Source of the DNA: Eledone cirrhosa
Taxonomy: Eukaryota
Direction of reading: 5' to 3'
Assembly: GCA_964016885.1 (NCBI GenBank)
Contig: OZ024740.1
Span: forward strand, 60,636,001-60,700,000
Length of the DNA stretch: 64,000 nt
Below the pieces are notes generated by a model, which was not told the origin of the DNA, ran no database searches, and was given only the letters and a program-made list of their open reading frames with translations. Position numbers and translations under genes: made by a program. Positions 13,896 to 30,033 of the stretch are shown piece by piece; the first letter of the stretch is position 1; each line of letters opens with the position of its first letter.

Positions 13896-14614
13896 ATTCA
13901 TTATTAACAACAAATTATGGAGATAATATGTTAAAAATTGCATTCACTGATTAGTTTTTCATTTCTTGTGTGTGTGAAACCTGCTAAGAAGTAAAGACTT
14001 TAATTGATAAAGAGTGCCCCTTGAATCATTTGATCTCTCCTCTTCCTCGTGACAAATTAGCTTATACCAAGTAATGAAATCTTTTGGCAAATATTTCTGT
14101 TTTCCCTATGCCGTTGTCTGTAAATAGATGCCAATAAAATATTCTTTATTATTTTCTTTATTTCTTTTATATTCTGTCAAGTATTTCAATGTCACTACAA
14201 TTCAGACCATATCCAGATATTAACCTAAAGTGATGTAATATAATACCTAATAAAATTTATAGGCATCTGATGTGTTTGTGTCTCACAGTCTTGCAACTGG
14301 ATATAATAAACAATTTCTCCCAATGCAGCCATTCTTTTGTCAGTTTCAAACTCAGAAGGGCTAAAACACTAATTGGTCAAAGCATTTTTCCATCTCATCG
14401 TCATAATGTGTTAATAAGGAATTGTTAATTAACTTAAATAAAATGTTTAACAAATTATTTTTCAAGAGATAAGATTTCAATAAACATTATTCAATAAGCT
14501 ATTAATCATCATAAAATATATATATATATATTTTTTTTTACCTTCAGAATTTGTTACCTTTAACACCTATGGTTCCAATAATATTAGATCTTTACAGTGA
14601 TAGTTTTAACCATG

Positions 14615-15060
14615 CTTCTTCTTCTTCTTCCCCTTCCTCTTCCTTCTCCTACTGAGTGGGTGGTGAAGGCAGTGTCCTCAGACAAGCCTTTCAAAAGGTC
14701 CTATCAGAAGCAACCATCTTCAAATGATCAGGCTGGATCTCCAAGTAAGACCAACGAAAGTTATGGATGTTATCTAACCATCTTGCTTGTGGTCTACCTC
14801 TGTGTCTCCTGCCAGTTGCCTTTGCTTGTAAAATCTGTCTTGCAATTCTTTCCTTGGACATTCTAGCTGCATATCTGTATTACCAGAACTGTGATCTTTG
14901 GATAAGTAGTGGCTCTACATTGAGCAACTCCTTGATCTCTAAGTAACATCTCTAAGTAACATTACTCCAGAGACCCTTTGGAGGAACCCCATTTCAGTTG
15001 CTTGTAATTGCAGTAATATTCTTTCTGTCACTTTCCAAGATTCATGATCATAGGTAAGGG
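14615..15060 (-). mobile_element. Decayed RTE 3' end with (AAG)n tail
   Basis: ILQAKATGRRHRGRPQARWLDNI-like C-terminal motif next to (CTT)n. Confidence 0.55.
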
Positions 15061-15884
15061 TAAGCATAAATACCAAATTGAGGATAACAAGATTGTTTTG
15101 TACACCTACTTCTTTCTGATGACCAAGTGCTGAAGCAATAATCTAAATTTGTTTCTCAGTGGATATTTCTCTTTCATTATTCCTTCACATCTTCTTTTCA
15201 AGAAAAATGCAATTGATAATTTTAATATATGATTTATTCACAAAGCTCAAATATTTTTTATTGTTGCAATTTGAAAGTTATTAACATTTTACTATCACTG
15301 TTCAAATTGTGTCCCAAATCAATATCAATAAATTTCAATTGCATTCCATATCAATAACACTAACCCCTAATTTCATCTTTAATTTTCAAGAAGAGTCTAT
15401 TAACTTTATTATTTTATAATATACTATTTTCCCAAGTTGTTTTTGCTGTTAAAAGGTGAAAATTCCATCTTCCTTGGAGATTTAAATTAAATTTCATTAC
15501 TGTAAAAATGTTTACTATTATTTTCACAACTTTTTGAGTATGGTGTAGCATGGTATTCTATTTCCAATTGCACTTTCCTGGAAAAATTCTATGAAAGGTT
15601 AGATATTTATATAAGATTCACAAATCTATAATGTGCTTCAATCCTTATGAATCAATACATTAAATTAAATTATCCCCAGTTCTATTTTTATTTAGTCAGT
15701 TCTCATATACAAACACATAGGTATAAATAGCGGCCCATGCATATACACAGAAATATCTAGAGATATTGTATACATCAGCCACATTTATTCTCACATAGAG
15801 AATAAACATGTATTTTTATTTCCTCAAATACCTTTTGAAATAAAATCACAAAAGAATGATAAAATAGATAGTAGAATTACATTA

Positions 15885-16103
<219 letters not shown>

Positions 16104-19100
16104 GTAATGTAATTCTATACAATCCATTGACTTATCTTATTTTTAGTAGATATACTTAACTTTTTGAATCAGACTTTTTCTTCGTAGAATTCATTCTTGT
16201 ATCATTCTGACTGAAATTTATCTTATTTATAATATTCTATAAGTAGTTTGTTCATTGTTACTCCAAATATATAACAAGAAACTCACAATAGCACATTGGA
16301 TTTCTGTTCCAATTTAATTTAGATTATGTCTAGCTAGATCTTTTGTGAGGTGGTGTTTGAGAATTGGCTGATTTTAAAAATGACACCAATTATTGAGTGT
16401 AAAACCTTTATGTTAAAATCTGCCAGTTTAAACATTGTGCTTTATAAACGATGTTTATTAGGAACAGTTAAGATTACATAAAGTATCCATATTGTAACAC
16501 ATACATGAAGGTTCTGTCATCTACTGCAAACATTGTGTTTTGGCTGTACCCTACATTCAATATTAATTTTTAATATCCTGTTGCTCCTGAAACCACATTA
16601 GCAAGACCTTTATGAGGAACAGCACAAAATTTGATGTTTTACACTAATAGCTAATCCATTTTACCATTCTGTTCCTGCGATGTCTAAAATATAATGAATT
16701 AACTCTTAACATTCAGTAATTATTTAGTAGAAAATATCTAAAAACAGGTTTGTTAATTCAAATGTTAACAGTATCTTTACTAGTGGACAGATCATTGTGA
16801 AATTTTGCAATATAAGAGTGAAACTTCAATTTTGATTAAATGGAATGCAGAATTAAGTATTTGTCTAAAGGATTTTTGTTATTTATAAAAGTATCTACTT
16901 TAATAAAAAGAAATCATACTTAAAGATTATTTTCAAAATAAAATATTTTTATAAGATGATGTTAACTTACTTTATCATGAAAAGTTTATAGAGAAACACT
17001 GCTTTGTCTGTTGTATTAAATATTTTAAAATGTGTGATTTTAATATAGTCTTTCTAATATTGACAAATTTTTTGCTTAGTTTTTCTAACTATATTGATAT
17101 AATCCTTGTGATCTTATCACAGTGTTGACCTAGTCTTTCAAAGGTTATCCCAATGAAATTTGATATTTATTTTTCTTTGAAAAGATATCAGTGAAATCAG
17201 ATAAATAAATTTTAAGATATCCATAGTGTAAATCTTTTCTGAAATTTGAAAAAAAAAAAACAAGAAAGAAATATTTTGCAAAAGTTATTAAAAACATTTT
17301 TCATCTGGCTCGATGACATCAGCTTGTCAAATTGTCTTTGAAAATAAAATATACATCTATAGCTTTAACATAAGTTTTTCGGTGTTTTTTTTTTGTTGTT
17401 TTTCATATCATTCCTAATATAACAAATATTAAAACTAAAAGGTTTTTTTTTTTGCTTTTTTCAGCAGTTTTGCTGATTAATGGAGGCTAACAAGAAAATT
17501 TCGTTTTCATATATATTTCCTTCAACCATAAAGATGTTTTTTTTTTATTGATCAATAAGATGCAAATAAATCTTGGCTTCCACTGAGAAATGTCTATTTT
17601 CTTAATTTAATCATAAAAAGTAGCCGATGTCAAACAATGACATTTCATACAGAAATAAAGGACAAATAAGTGTCTGAAATTGTTAAAAAAATAAAATGAA
17701 AAACAAAAGAAACTTTTAAACATTGCATTCTTGTTAGAACACACAAATATCAAAAGAAGAGACAATATACAAAAGCACATTACAACCAACATAAGCAGAA
17801 AAACTATTATGAATGTCTAACAAATATTTTTCTTTAATAATATATTCTGCAGAAATTATTAGTAAATGTCTATTTCTTTCTAAATCTGTTCTTGAATCAG
17901 CAAAATCTCTTGAGTTCCTATTTTGCAGTAAAGTAAGTGTTAACATACTTAATGTTGTGAACTATGCAATATTAATTAATTCAAGCTACATGGATAATGA
18001 GAAGAAAAATATCATTACCTTAATCACTGATTCTGCTAAAGAAAGGCTATAGAGAAAACTTGAAATTAATAAATGTAATTAAAAATAGACTGCAGTTATG
18101 GTGACAATTTCAGGCATATCTAATAAGGCCTCATCAGCAAAGCATAATTTAATTGTTACTGCTAGATCTTAGAATGACAAGAAAGAAATTAAAACTTTTG
18201 TTTTAAGCAAACAGTAAAGATTAGGGAAAGCTAGATATAGCAGCCAAATCCTTCTCAAATCACACCGGACAGTTCTTTAAAAAGGAAGGATACATTTTAT
18301 AATGTTGTCCCAGAAACATCATACCTGAAAAAAAAAAAAAAAAAAGATGAATGGTCACAATTGAAATATTTTGGATCATCGGTTTGCTCAAACGGGTTAA
18401 ACAACCAATCAAGAGATGATTATTCATTAATATACTGTCACATGACCAAATGCCACAGATAATTGACAATGACTGTCTTGCAAAGTTGATAGTGGTTACC
18501 TCACAGTACTAATTTTGAATTACCCAACGATCTTCTTTCATGATAAAAGAACAGTCAATGAGGCTCATTTTTTCAACTTCACTACTTTGCCACCACTTCT
18601 ACCATCATTTAACACTAATGAAGGCAGCCTCTATTTAGTCGCGCAACCACAACAAAATTTTGACTAAAGCTTCTTAAAATCACACCATACTATTTTGAAA
18701 GAAGCAGGGACACATTGGATGGTCATGATATGAATGTCTATAATCAATGTTTGGCTCAGTCAGAGCTGACCTAAGGCTAAACATCATACACAATAACAAA
18801 AGAAGCCTCTTCATGACAACTCAATCTGCTAGAAATAGCAGTGAAATCAAAAGGAAGGAACATATTCGATAATGTAAACCTGTACATAGCTAAAAAGATG
18901 TTTTTGTCATAGCTGCAATACTTTTGATCATAGGTCTGCTTAATTATGGCTAACCTGGGGTTAAACATGAGCAATGGAACCACGATTTATTCAACTTACA
19001 GTCATTCAACTTGTTAGAAATGACAGCGAAATCCCAGCCAACCATCTTAAGTTTTAAAAAAGCATGCATTGGACAATGTATGGACAACACAAATATGACA

Positions 19101-21408
19101 AGGTGGGCATGGTTAGAACACATTTGAATATTGAACCAGAGCTGAGTTAAGCACAACAATGGTGAACTATAACATAAAATGATTGATTTATAGTATTGCT
19201 ATTCTATTTACTACATAGTAGTGTTACAGTCCTATTAGGTTATACTATTGATATTATCCAGTATTAATTCTAGTAGCTTATATGTTCACTATTCAATTTA
19301 TTTAACATTTTAGTACTCTATTAATTGATTGGTTCATAAAAGCAAAAGCTACTAACAAAAGCAGCCACTCCATTTAAAGTTAACTTTAAACATAAGCACA
19401 GTGATATTTGAATTGTAATTATTCTATTATAAATTAGCAAATTCCACCATGATGCTGTCTATCACTTGTGGCAGCCCTAATCAATGGAATGCTTGAAATT
19501 CAATTTCAATTAGCTTTTGTTAAATAACAGTAAGACAGAACCACTACCAACCCCTTTACATACAGTTGAACAGCTGTTTGTTGTCCTTTTCTCACATATT
19601 TTCCCTTTCCCCTGTTTACAGCTTTGTCTACTTATATTCCAATATATTCCCCCTTCTAATACCTCTCTCCCTCCTCTCCCTTTCTTTTCCCAAACTTTTC
19701 TGATATTTCCCCAAGAGAAGAAAAATCTAATTAAGTAAGTAGTAACAAGCTGATAGCTTCTTAAATAATACCCAAATTTGCTTAGAAAGTGAACGAAAAT
19801 GTCTGAAATGTTATGACTTTCTTAATTATCTGTTGCCTTTTTTGTGTTAGTTCAGGTGGACAGCTACAGAAGTATCTATGTTAGTCAAAGTATTTCAGTA
19901 CGAAGACAATAATCATTCTTGTTTGCAGACATTTTTCTCCTTGGAATTCTTCAGCAAAATGTTAATAAATAGATAGGAAATGAATGATTATTTTGTCCAA
20001 AGTTGTTTGCTTCAATTTATCTTCTTGAACAAATTAACTCATGATGAATCACAAGTGAATCTGCTTCAAATAATATATTTTCCCCTGTCTAACCAGTTGA
20101 GTATTTGTACTTCATTTAGTATCTGGATCAAAACACAGCATAACTTGCTGAAGCAGAAAATTACTTTTATGTTAAATTAAAAATACAAGCAGGCAGATTC
20201 AAAAAGAAAATGCTTGAAAAATCTCTTTCAAAATTGATATTTTTAGAAGGATTTTAAACAAAATATGAAAAGGGATTTTTTTTTAATTTACAAAATATCT
20301 AAAAAAAAAAATAAGAGTAAAAACAAAATTCTGTAAAGTCCTTTCAAATTCTTTTGAAGAATTTCAGTTTTTTTTTTCTCTTTATTTAATGAAAAGAAAA
20401 TAATTTTATTATTGTGCTTGCATGCACATGCACTTTTAGTTATGAATGAACTTGTGGTTATGAATGGACTTATAGTTATGAACATATAGCATTTTGTTTT
20501 CATCAATAAACATCTTGTTGATTTCACTAGTTCTGTGGACATTCCTATAATTGTTATGATGAGCAGCTTTAGTTAAACCTGCTCATACAGACCTATTTTA
20601 TTATTTTATATTGTAAACAATTCTGATGAATTGATTACAGAATTCCAAAGAACCAATCAGTGATTCCCTGCATTTATGATAGGGAGTGTATGTAACTCAG
20701 TGTAGAACAAATATTGCAAAGGATCACATTTGAAGTGATCCAGTTCTCATCAAAGTTTGTATCTTTCAGTGTTATATATCAGTATAAAATTACACACTTA
20801 CATATATTCAATAACATGCACAGAAACACACTAATATATAGAGAGAAAGACACATACATGTGTTGGACTGCCATCAATATGACAATGAATGTTCCGTGTG
20901 TTCAAACAATAGAACAACCTATTTGTGGACTTAATGTGCAAGTGGTTGAGCATACTGCAGACATGTCTAACACGATTCTCGGAAAGAATTGGCATGATAC
21001 AGTATGTGATAAGGCTGGCTGTTAGAATTACTGGTGCAACTGACTTTTTCCAGTCCAGTGGACTGAAGTAATGAGAAATAAAGTATTTCGCTCAAGGACA
21101 CAATATGACATTAGGATTCAATGTCACAAATGTGAGCCAAACACCCTCACCACTCACACACATTGCCCTCATTGCTTTTACATCTGCTTTTCCATGCTAG
21201 CATGGGTGGGACAGGTCTTTCTTGAGGCAACGTTTAAGTTGGATGCCGTTTCTTATGGCAACTTTTATAATCACTTCTTATGACATGCAGAGATATGCCC
21301 ACTATCAATGCTGTCACACACACACACACGTACGCACGCGCCGTCGCCGCCACCACCACCACCACCACTATCATCATCATCATTATTATTATTATTATTA
21401 TTATTATT

Positions 21409-21600
21409 GGTGAATTGGCAGTATAGATAGAGGGTCAGACATGCTTCCAGCATACTTACGTCCCTTTATGGTCTGAGTTCAAATCCAGCCAAAGTTAACT
21501 TTGCCTTTCATCCTTACGGGGGTCGATAAAATAAAGTACCAGTAATACACTGGGTAATTGCTGGCCTTGTGCCAAAAGTAGAAACAATTATTATTATTAT
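21409..21600 (+). mobile_element. SINE family 1
   Basis: Consensus sequence within an (ATT)n tract. Confidence 0.8.
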
Positions 21601-21753
21601 TTAACGTCCATCTTCCACGCTAGCATGGGTTAGATGGGATTGTCCCACTTGAGGCAAGATTGGTCGGGTGAGCAGGTCTCGCCCGTATAGGACTGTATCT
21701 GGCAGGTTTTCTACAGCTGGATGCCCTTCCTAACACCAACCACATTTACAGTG

Positions 21754-21794
<41 letters not shown>

Positions 21795-22047
21795 CATGGA
21801 AAGATAATCTCATATTTGTCTGTTTACAAAGGGAATAGCAGAATCTTTTTTTTACATTTGTTTAATATATACTGTATTGTACATAAATATTTATCATGTT
21901 ATGAATTACACTAACTATGAATGCACATTATGCAAACTGGATTATGGTAATGAAAGGGCTGTCTACTATACAAATACACACCCAGTCACATACACACTCA
22001 CACATTTAACATTCTAAAGTGTTTCCAATTAATGATATATTTGTGCA

Positions 22048-22672
22048 GAGAGAAGGCTACGTTGGTATGGTCACATGATGCGCATGAAAGTCGATAGCTG
22101 TATAACAAAGTGCAGGGCAATAGAGATAGACGGTAGCCATGGAATAGGCAGACCTAGAAAAACCTGGGACGAGCTGATAAACTCCGACCTCACACACTTA
22201 CACCTCTCCAAGACAATGTCACTGGACCGAGACCTTTGGCGGTACTCAGTAATAGAGAAGACCCGCCTTACCTAAATACATAGTAAAACCTACTACAGCC
22301 AGTAGGCATCTCTAACAAAATACACCCCGTCCCACCACCCTCACCCCATCCACACCACCCCCTTCTATGTAAAGTTATGTTGGTGCCACACCATCCAGGC
22401 CGAAACAAATGAGATCTTGTAGGTGTCACAACAAAAAACACACAGTCCACGCTGTAATGTGGCTGTGTAGGCAACACGGTAAAAACCTCCCAGACCCACA
22501 CTGTAAATGTGGTTGGTGTTAGGAAGGGCATCCAACTGTAGAAAACCTGCCAGACAGTCCTATGCGAGCAAGACAATCACTCTTGCCTCAAGTGGGAATA
22601 CCCCCGTCCAAACCCATGCAAGCGTGGAACACGGACGTTAAACGTTGATGATGATGATGATGATGATGATGA
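22048..22672 (+). mobile_element. RTE LINE subfamily 1, 3' end only
   Basis: ERRLRWYGHMMRM..GRPRKTW..WRYSV, 3' UTR and (GAT)n tail near-identical to 32530-33151 and 61120-61748. Confidence 0.9.
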
Positions 22673-22694
22673 TATATATATACACCATGCACAT

Positions 22695-22748
<54 letters not shown>

Positions 22749-22842
22749 GCAGTGTATAATTGTGCACAAAGCAGCTGAAATATACTCCATCTGCATATAT
22801 ATGAATAAATATGTATGTATGTATATGTATGTATGTATGTAC

Positions 22843-22899
<57 letters not shown>

Positions 22900-23714
22900 C
22901 GTGCGTGTGTGTGCGTGTGCGTGTGTGTGTGTGTTTATAAATATATATATATATATATTGAGAGAGATATTGGTACACACATTTACACATTAACATACAC
23001 ACACACATACACGCATGTATATGTGTGTGTGTGCATGCAAATGTTTATGTTTGTCTCTTATTTTTCTGTCCATTAATGAGGTACAAGTTATTAATATGAC
23101 AGATGAATATAAAGTTACCAGTTTTAATTATGGCATCATATTCAGTAAGGGCAAAAAGTAAATTAGTTTTCTTGATATAAAATTATATGGTTTGAAATGT
23201 CTCTCTTAAGAAAGACGTGATGTATAGTATCTCATAAAAAGAAACATACGAACCAAACACTATACTACTCTGTTACTTCTTTAAAATTTCCTATAATATA
23301 GAATAATAATTTGAATTGACCTTTCGACCAAATCTAATAATTTTTGTTTAAGAAAATAATGAACAAAATAACAAATAAATTCTCTGTAATTTAGTTTGAT
23401 TCATTTTATATGACCTTAAATGTAAACCAATAAATAGATTTATAATATTTTCTCTCCATAATTTTGATTTTAACATACATGTACACATACACTTACAAGT
23501 ACACATGCACACACACACATACAAATACACATACAAGTACACATGCACACACACACATACAAATACACATACACTTACAAGTACACATGCACACACACAT
23601 ATGCACAAATAGGTAGACAGACACACACACATATGCACAAATAAGAAGACAGACACACACACACATATGCATGACAATGTGGCACCTTAGGCAAGTGTCT
23701 TTTACTATAGTGTT

Positions 23715-24444
23715 GAGAGAGAAGGAGTGAAAGGAGAATAGGAGGAAAGAAATAAAATGGAAGAGAAAGATAGGAAGAAAGAAAAAAGGAAAAAAGGAAA
23801 GACAGAGTAAGAGAGAAAGATAGACGGAAATAAAGATAAAATGGTAAAAGGAAAGGGAAAAGAAAGAAAGGAAGGAAGAGAAGAAAAAGAATTGAATGAA
23901 CGATAGAAAAGGGAGAGAAAGAAAGAACGAAATACAGATATGAAAGGATAATAGATAGAAAAAGGGAGAAAGAAAGAAAGGTAGAAAGAAAGAGAGAAAG
24001 ACATGTATAAAAGAATCATAGATAGAAAGAAGGAAAGAAAAAAGAAATAAAGAAAGACGGGTATGGAAAGAAAGAAAGAAAGAAAGACACGTATGGAAGG
24101 GAGAAAGAAAAAAGAAATAAAGAAAGACGGGTATGGAAGAATGAAAGAAAGAAAGAAAGAAAGAAAGACAGGTATGGAAGAGAGAAAGGAAGTAGGAAAG
24201 AAAGAAAGACAGGTATGGAAGAAAGAAAGAAAGAAAGAGAGAAAGAAAGACAGGTATGGAAGAGAGAAAGGAAGTAGGAAAGAAAGAAAGACAGGTATGG
24301 AAGAAAGACGGAAAGAAAGAAAGAAAGACGGGTATGGAAGAATGAAAGAAAGAAAGAAAGAAAGACAGGTATGGACGAAAGAAAGAAAGAAAGAAAGACA
24401 GGTATGGAAGGGAGAAAGAAAGAAGGAAAGAAAGAAAGACAGGT

Positions 24445-24480
<36 letters not shown>

Positions 24481-24610
24481 CAGGTATGGAAGAAAGAAAG
24501 AAAGAAAGAAAGATAGACAGGTATGGAAGAGAGATAGAAATAAAGAAAGACAGGTAAGGAAGAATGATGGAGACTGAAATATAGAAAAGGGAAGAAAGAA
24601 AGGTTTAAAA
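23715..24610. repeat. Polypurine tract with a GAAAGAAAGACAGGTATGGAA minisatellite (about 24040-24560)
   Basis: About 14 recurrences of AAAGAC(A/G)GGTATGGA separated by (GAAA)n. Confidence 0.9.
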
Positions 24611-24697
24611 GAAATGAAATGCAGTGTAAGAGATGTATATTAAAGGATTAGAAATAAAGAATGACTATGAAGTATATCAGCATCTCTAATTTATATG

Positions 24698-27600
24698 ATT
24701 GATAGAGCTGTCTATATCAATGATAGAGCTGTCTATATCAATGATAGAGCTGTCTATATGAATGATAGAGCTGTCTATATGAATGATAGAACTGTTTATA
24801 TCAATGATAGAGCTGTCTATATCAATGATAGAACTGTCTATATCAATCAATGATAGAGCTGTTTATATCAATGATAGAACTGTTTATATCAGTGATAGAG
24901 CTGTCTATATCAATGATAGAGCTGTCTATATCAATGATAGAGCTGTTTATATCAATGATAGAGCTGTTTATATCAATGATAGAGCTGTTTATATCAATGA
25001 TAGAACTGTCTATATCAATCAATGATAGAGCTGTTTATATCAATGATAGAACTGTTTATATCAATGATAGAGCTGTCTATATCAATGATAGAGCTGTCTA
25101 TATCAATGATAGAGCTGTCTATATCAATGATAGATATGTCTATATCAATGATAGATCTGTCTATATCAATGATAGAGCTGTCTATATCAATGATAGAACT
25201 GTTTATATCAATGATAGAGCTGTCTATATCAATGATAGAACTGTTTATATCAATGATAGAGCTGTCTATATCAATGATAGAGCTGTCTATATCAATGATA
25301 GAACTGTCTATAGCAATGATAGAGCTGTCTATATCAATGATAGAGCTGTCTATATCAATGATAGAGCTGTCTATATCAATGATAGAGCTGTTTATATCAA
25401 TGATAGAGCTGTCTATATCAATGATAGAGCTGTTTATATTAATGATAGAGCTGTTTATATTAATGATAGAACTGTTTATATCAATGATAGAGCTGTTTAT
25501 ATCAATGATAGAATTGTCTATATCAATGATAGAGCTGTCTATATCAATGATAGAGGTGTCTATATCAATGATAGAGCTGTCTATATCAATGATAGAGCAG
25601 TCTATATCAATCAATGATAGAGCTGTCTATATCAATGATAGAGCTGTCTATATCAATCAATGATAGAGCTGTCTATATCAATGATAGAGCTGTCTATATC
25701 AATGATAGAGCAGTCTATATCAATGATAGAGCTGTTTATATCAATGATAGAGCAGTCTATATCAATGATAGAACTGTCTATATCAATGATAGAGCTGTCT
25801 ATATCAATGATAGAGCAGTCTATATCAATGATAGAACTGTCTAAATCAATGATAGAGCTGTCTATATCAATGATAGAGCTGTCTATATCAATGATAGCAC
25901 TGTCTATATCAATGATAGAGCTGTCTATATGAATTATAGAACTGTTTATAACAATGATAGAGCTGTCTATATGAATGATAGAACTGTTTATATCAATGAT
26001 AGAACAGTCTATATGAGTGATAGTGCTGTCTATAGCAATGATAGAGCCATTTATATCAATGATAGAGCTGTCTATATCAATGATAGAGCTGTCTATATCA
26101 ATGATAGAGCAGTCTATATCAATGATAGAACTGTCTATATCAATGATAGAGCTGTCTATATCAATGATAGAGCTGTCTATATCAATGATAGAGCTGTCTA
26201 TATCAATGATAGAGCTGTGTATATCAATCAATGATAGAGCTGTCTATATCAATGATAGAGCTGTTTATATCAATGATAGAGCTGTGTATATCAATCAATG
26301 ATAGAGCTGTCTATATCAATGATAGAGCTGTCTATATCAATGATAGAGCAGTCTATATCAATGATAGAGTTGTCTATATCAATGATAGAGCTGTCTATAT
26401 CAATGATAGAGCTGTCTATATCAATCAATGATAGAGCTGTCTATATCAATGATAGAGTTGTCTATATCAATGATAGAGCTGTCTATATCAATGATAGAGC
26501 TGTTTATATCAATGATAGAGCTGTCTATATCAATTATAGAGCTGTCTATATCAATGATAGAGCTGTCTATATCAATAATAGAGCTGTCTATATCAATCAA
26601 TGATAGAGCTGTCTATATCAATGATAGAGCTGTCTATATCAATGATAGAGCTGTCTATATCAATGATAGAGCTGTCTATATCAATGATAGAGCTGTCTAT
26701 ATCAATGATAGAGCTGTCTATATCAATGATAGAGCTGTCTATGTCAATGATAGAGCTGTTTATATCAATGATAGAGCTGTCCATATCAATGATAGAGCTG
26801 TTTATATTAATGATAGAGCTGTTTATGTCAATGATAGAGCTGTATATATCAATGATAGAGCTGTTTATATCAATGATAGAACTGTTTATATCAATGATAG
26901 AACAGTCTATATGAGTGATAGTGCTGTTTATATCAATGATAGAGCCATTTATATCAAGGATAGAGCTGTCTATATCAATGATAGAGCTGTTTATATCAAT
27001 GATAGAGCTGTCTATATCAATGATAGAGCTGTCTATATCAATGATAGAGCTGTCTATATCAATGATAGTGCTGTCGATATCAATGATAGAGCCATTTATA
27101 TCAAGGATAGAGCTGTCTATATCAATGATAGAGCTGTTTATATCAATGATAGAGCTGTCTATATCAATGATAGAGCTGTTTATATCAATGATAGAGCTGC
27201 TTATATCAATGATAGAGCTGTTTATATCAATGATAGAACTGTCTATATCAATGATAGAGCAGTCTATATCAATGATAGAACTGTCTATATCAATGATAGA
27301 GCTGTTTATATTAATGATAGAGCTGTTTATATCAATGATAGAACTGTCTATATCAATGATAGAGCTGTCTATATCAATGATAGAGCAGTCTATATCAATG
27401 ATAGAACTGTCTAAATCAATGATAGAGCTGTCTATATCAATGATAGAGCTGTCTATATCAATGATAGCACTGTCTATATCAATGATAGAGCTGTCTATAT
27501 GAATTATAGAACTGTTTATAACAATGATAGAGCTGTCTATATGAATGATAGAACTGTTTATATCAATGATAGAACAGTCTATATGAGTGATAGTGCTGTC

Positions 27601-30033
27601 TATAGCAATGATAGAGCCATTTATATCAATGATAGAGCTGTCTATATCAATGATAGAGCTGTCTATATCAATGATAGAGCAGTCTATATCAATGATAGAA
27701 CTGTCTATATCAATGATAGAGCTGTCTATATCAATGATAGAGCTGTCTATATCAATGATAGAGCTGTCTATATCAATGATAGAGCTGTGTATATCAATCA
27801 ATGATAGAGCTGTCTATATCAATGATAGAGCTGTCTATATCAATGATAGAGCTGTCTATATCAATGATAGAGCTGTTTATATCAATGATAGAGCTGTCTA
27901 TATCAATGATAGAGCTGTCTATATCAATGATAGAGCTGTCTATATCAATGATAGAGCTGTCTATATCAATGATAGAGCTGTCTATATCAATGATAGAGCT
28001 GTCTATATCAATGATAGAGCTGTCTAAATCAATGATAGAGCTGTCTATATCAATGATAGAGCTGTCTATATCAATGATAGAGCTGTCTATATCAATGATA
28101 GAGCTGTCTATATCAATGATAGAGCTGTCTATATCAATGATAGAGCTGTTTATATCAATGATAGAGCTGTCTATAACAATGATAGAGCAGTCTATATCAA
28201 TGATAGAGCTGTCTATGTCAATGATAAATCTGTTTATTTGAATGATAGAGCTGTCTATATCAATGATAGAGCTGTTTATATCAATATGATAGAGCTGTTT
28301 ATATCAATGATAGAGCTGTTTATATCAATGATAGAACTGTTTATATCAATGATAGAACTGTTTATATCAATGATAGAGCTGTTTATATCAATGATAGAGC
28401 TGTCTATATCAATGATAGAGCTGTCTATATCAATGATAGAGCTGTTTATTTCAATGATAGAGCTGTCTATATCAATGATAGAACTGTCTATAACAATGAT
28501 AGAGCAGTCTATATCAATGATAGAGCTGTCTATATGAATGATAGAGCTGTTTATATCAATGATAGAGCTGTCTATATGAATGATAGAGCTGTTTATATCA
28601 ATGATAGAGCTGTCTATATGAATGATAGAGCTGTTTATATCAATGATAGAGCTGTCTATATCAATGATAGAGCTGTTTATATCAATGATAGAGCTGTTTA
28701 TATCAATGATAGAGCTGTCTATATCAATGATAGAACTGTTTATATGAATGATAGAGCTGTTTATATGAATGATAGAGCTGTCTATATGAATGATAGAGCT
28801 GTCTATATCAATGATAGAGCTGTCTATATGAATGATAGTGCTGTTGATATCAATGATAGAACTGTCTATATCAATGATAGAGCTGTCTATATCACTGATA
28901 GAGCTGTTTATATCAATGATAGAGCTGTCTATATGAATGATAGAGCTGTTTATATCAATGATAGAGCTGTCTATATCAATGATAGAGCTGTTTATATCAA
29001 TGATAGAGCTGTCTATATCAATGATAGAGCTGTCTATATCAATGATAGTGCTGTTGATATCAATGATAGTGCTGTTGATATCATTGATAGAGCTGTTTAT
29101 ATCAATGATAGAGCCGTCTATATCAATGATAGAGCTGTTTATATCAATGATAGAGCTGTCTATATCAATGATAGAGCTGTTTATATCAATGATAGAGCTG
29201 TCTATATCAATGATAGAGCTGTCTATATCAATGATAGTGCTGTTGATATCAATGATAGAGCTGTCTATATCATTGATAGTGCTGTTGATATCATTGATAG
29301 AGCTGTTTATATCAATGATAGAGCCGCCTATATCAATGATAGAGCTGTCTATAGCAATGATAGAGCTGTCTATATCAATGATAGAGCTGTTTATATCAAT
29401 GATAGAGCTGTCTATATCAATGATAGAGCTGTCGATAGCAATGATAGAGCTGTCTATATCAATGATAGAGCTGTTGATATCAATGATAGAGCCGTCTATA
29501 TCAATGATAGAGCTGTCTATAGCAATGATAGAGCTGTGTATATCAATGATAGAGCTGTCTATAGCAATGATAGAGCTGTCTATATCAATGATAGAGTTGT
29601 CTATGTCAATTATAGAGCTGTCTATATCAATGATAGAACGATAGAACTGTTTATATCAATGATAGAGCTGTCTATATCAATGATAGAGCTGTCTATATCA
29701 ATGATAGAGCTGTCTATATCAATGATAGAGCTGTTTATATCAATGATAGAGCTGTCTATATCATTGATAGAGCTGTTTTTATCAATGATAGAGCTGTTTA
29801 TATCAATGATAGAGCTGTCTATATCAATGATAGAGCTGTCTATATCAATGATAGAGCTGTCTATATCAATGATAGAACTGTCTATATCAATGATAGAACT
29901 GTCTATATCAATGATAGAACTGTCTATAACAATGATAGAGCAGTCTATATCAATGATAGAACTGTCTATATCAATGATAGAGCTGTCTATATCAATGATA
30001 GAGCTGTCTATATCAATGATAGAGCTGTTTATA
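24698..30033. repeat. 21-bp tandem satellite (ATCAATGATAGAGCTGTCTAT)n, about 250 copies
   Basis: Direct inspection; variants GTTTAT and AGAACT, with periodic +ATCA insertions. Confidence 0.98.
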
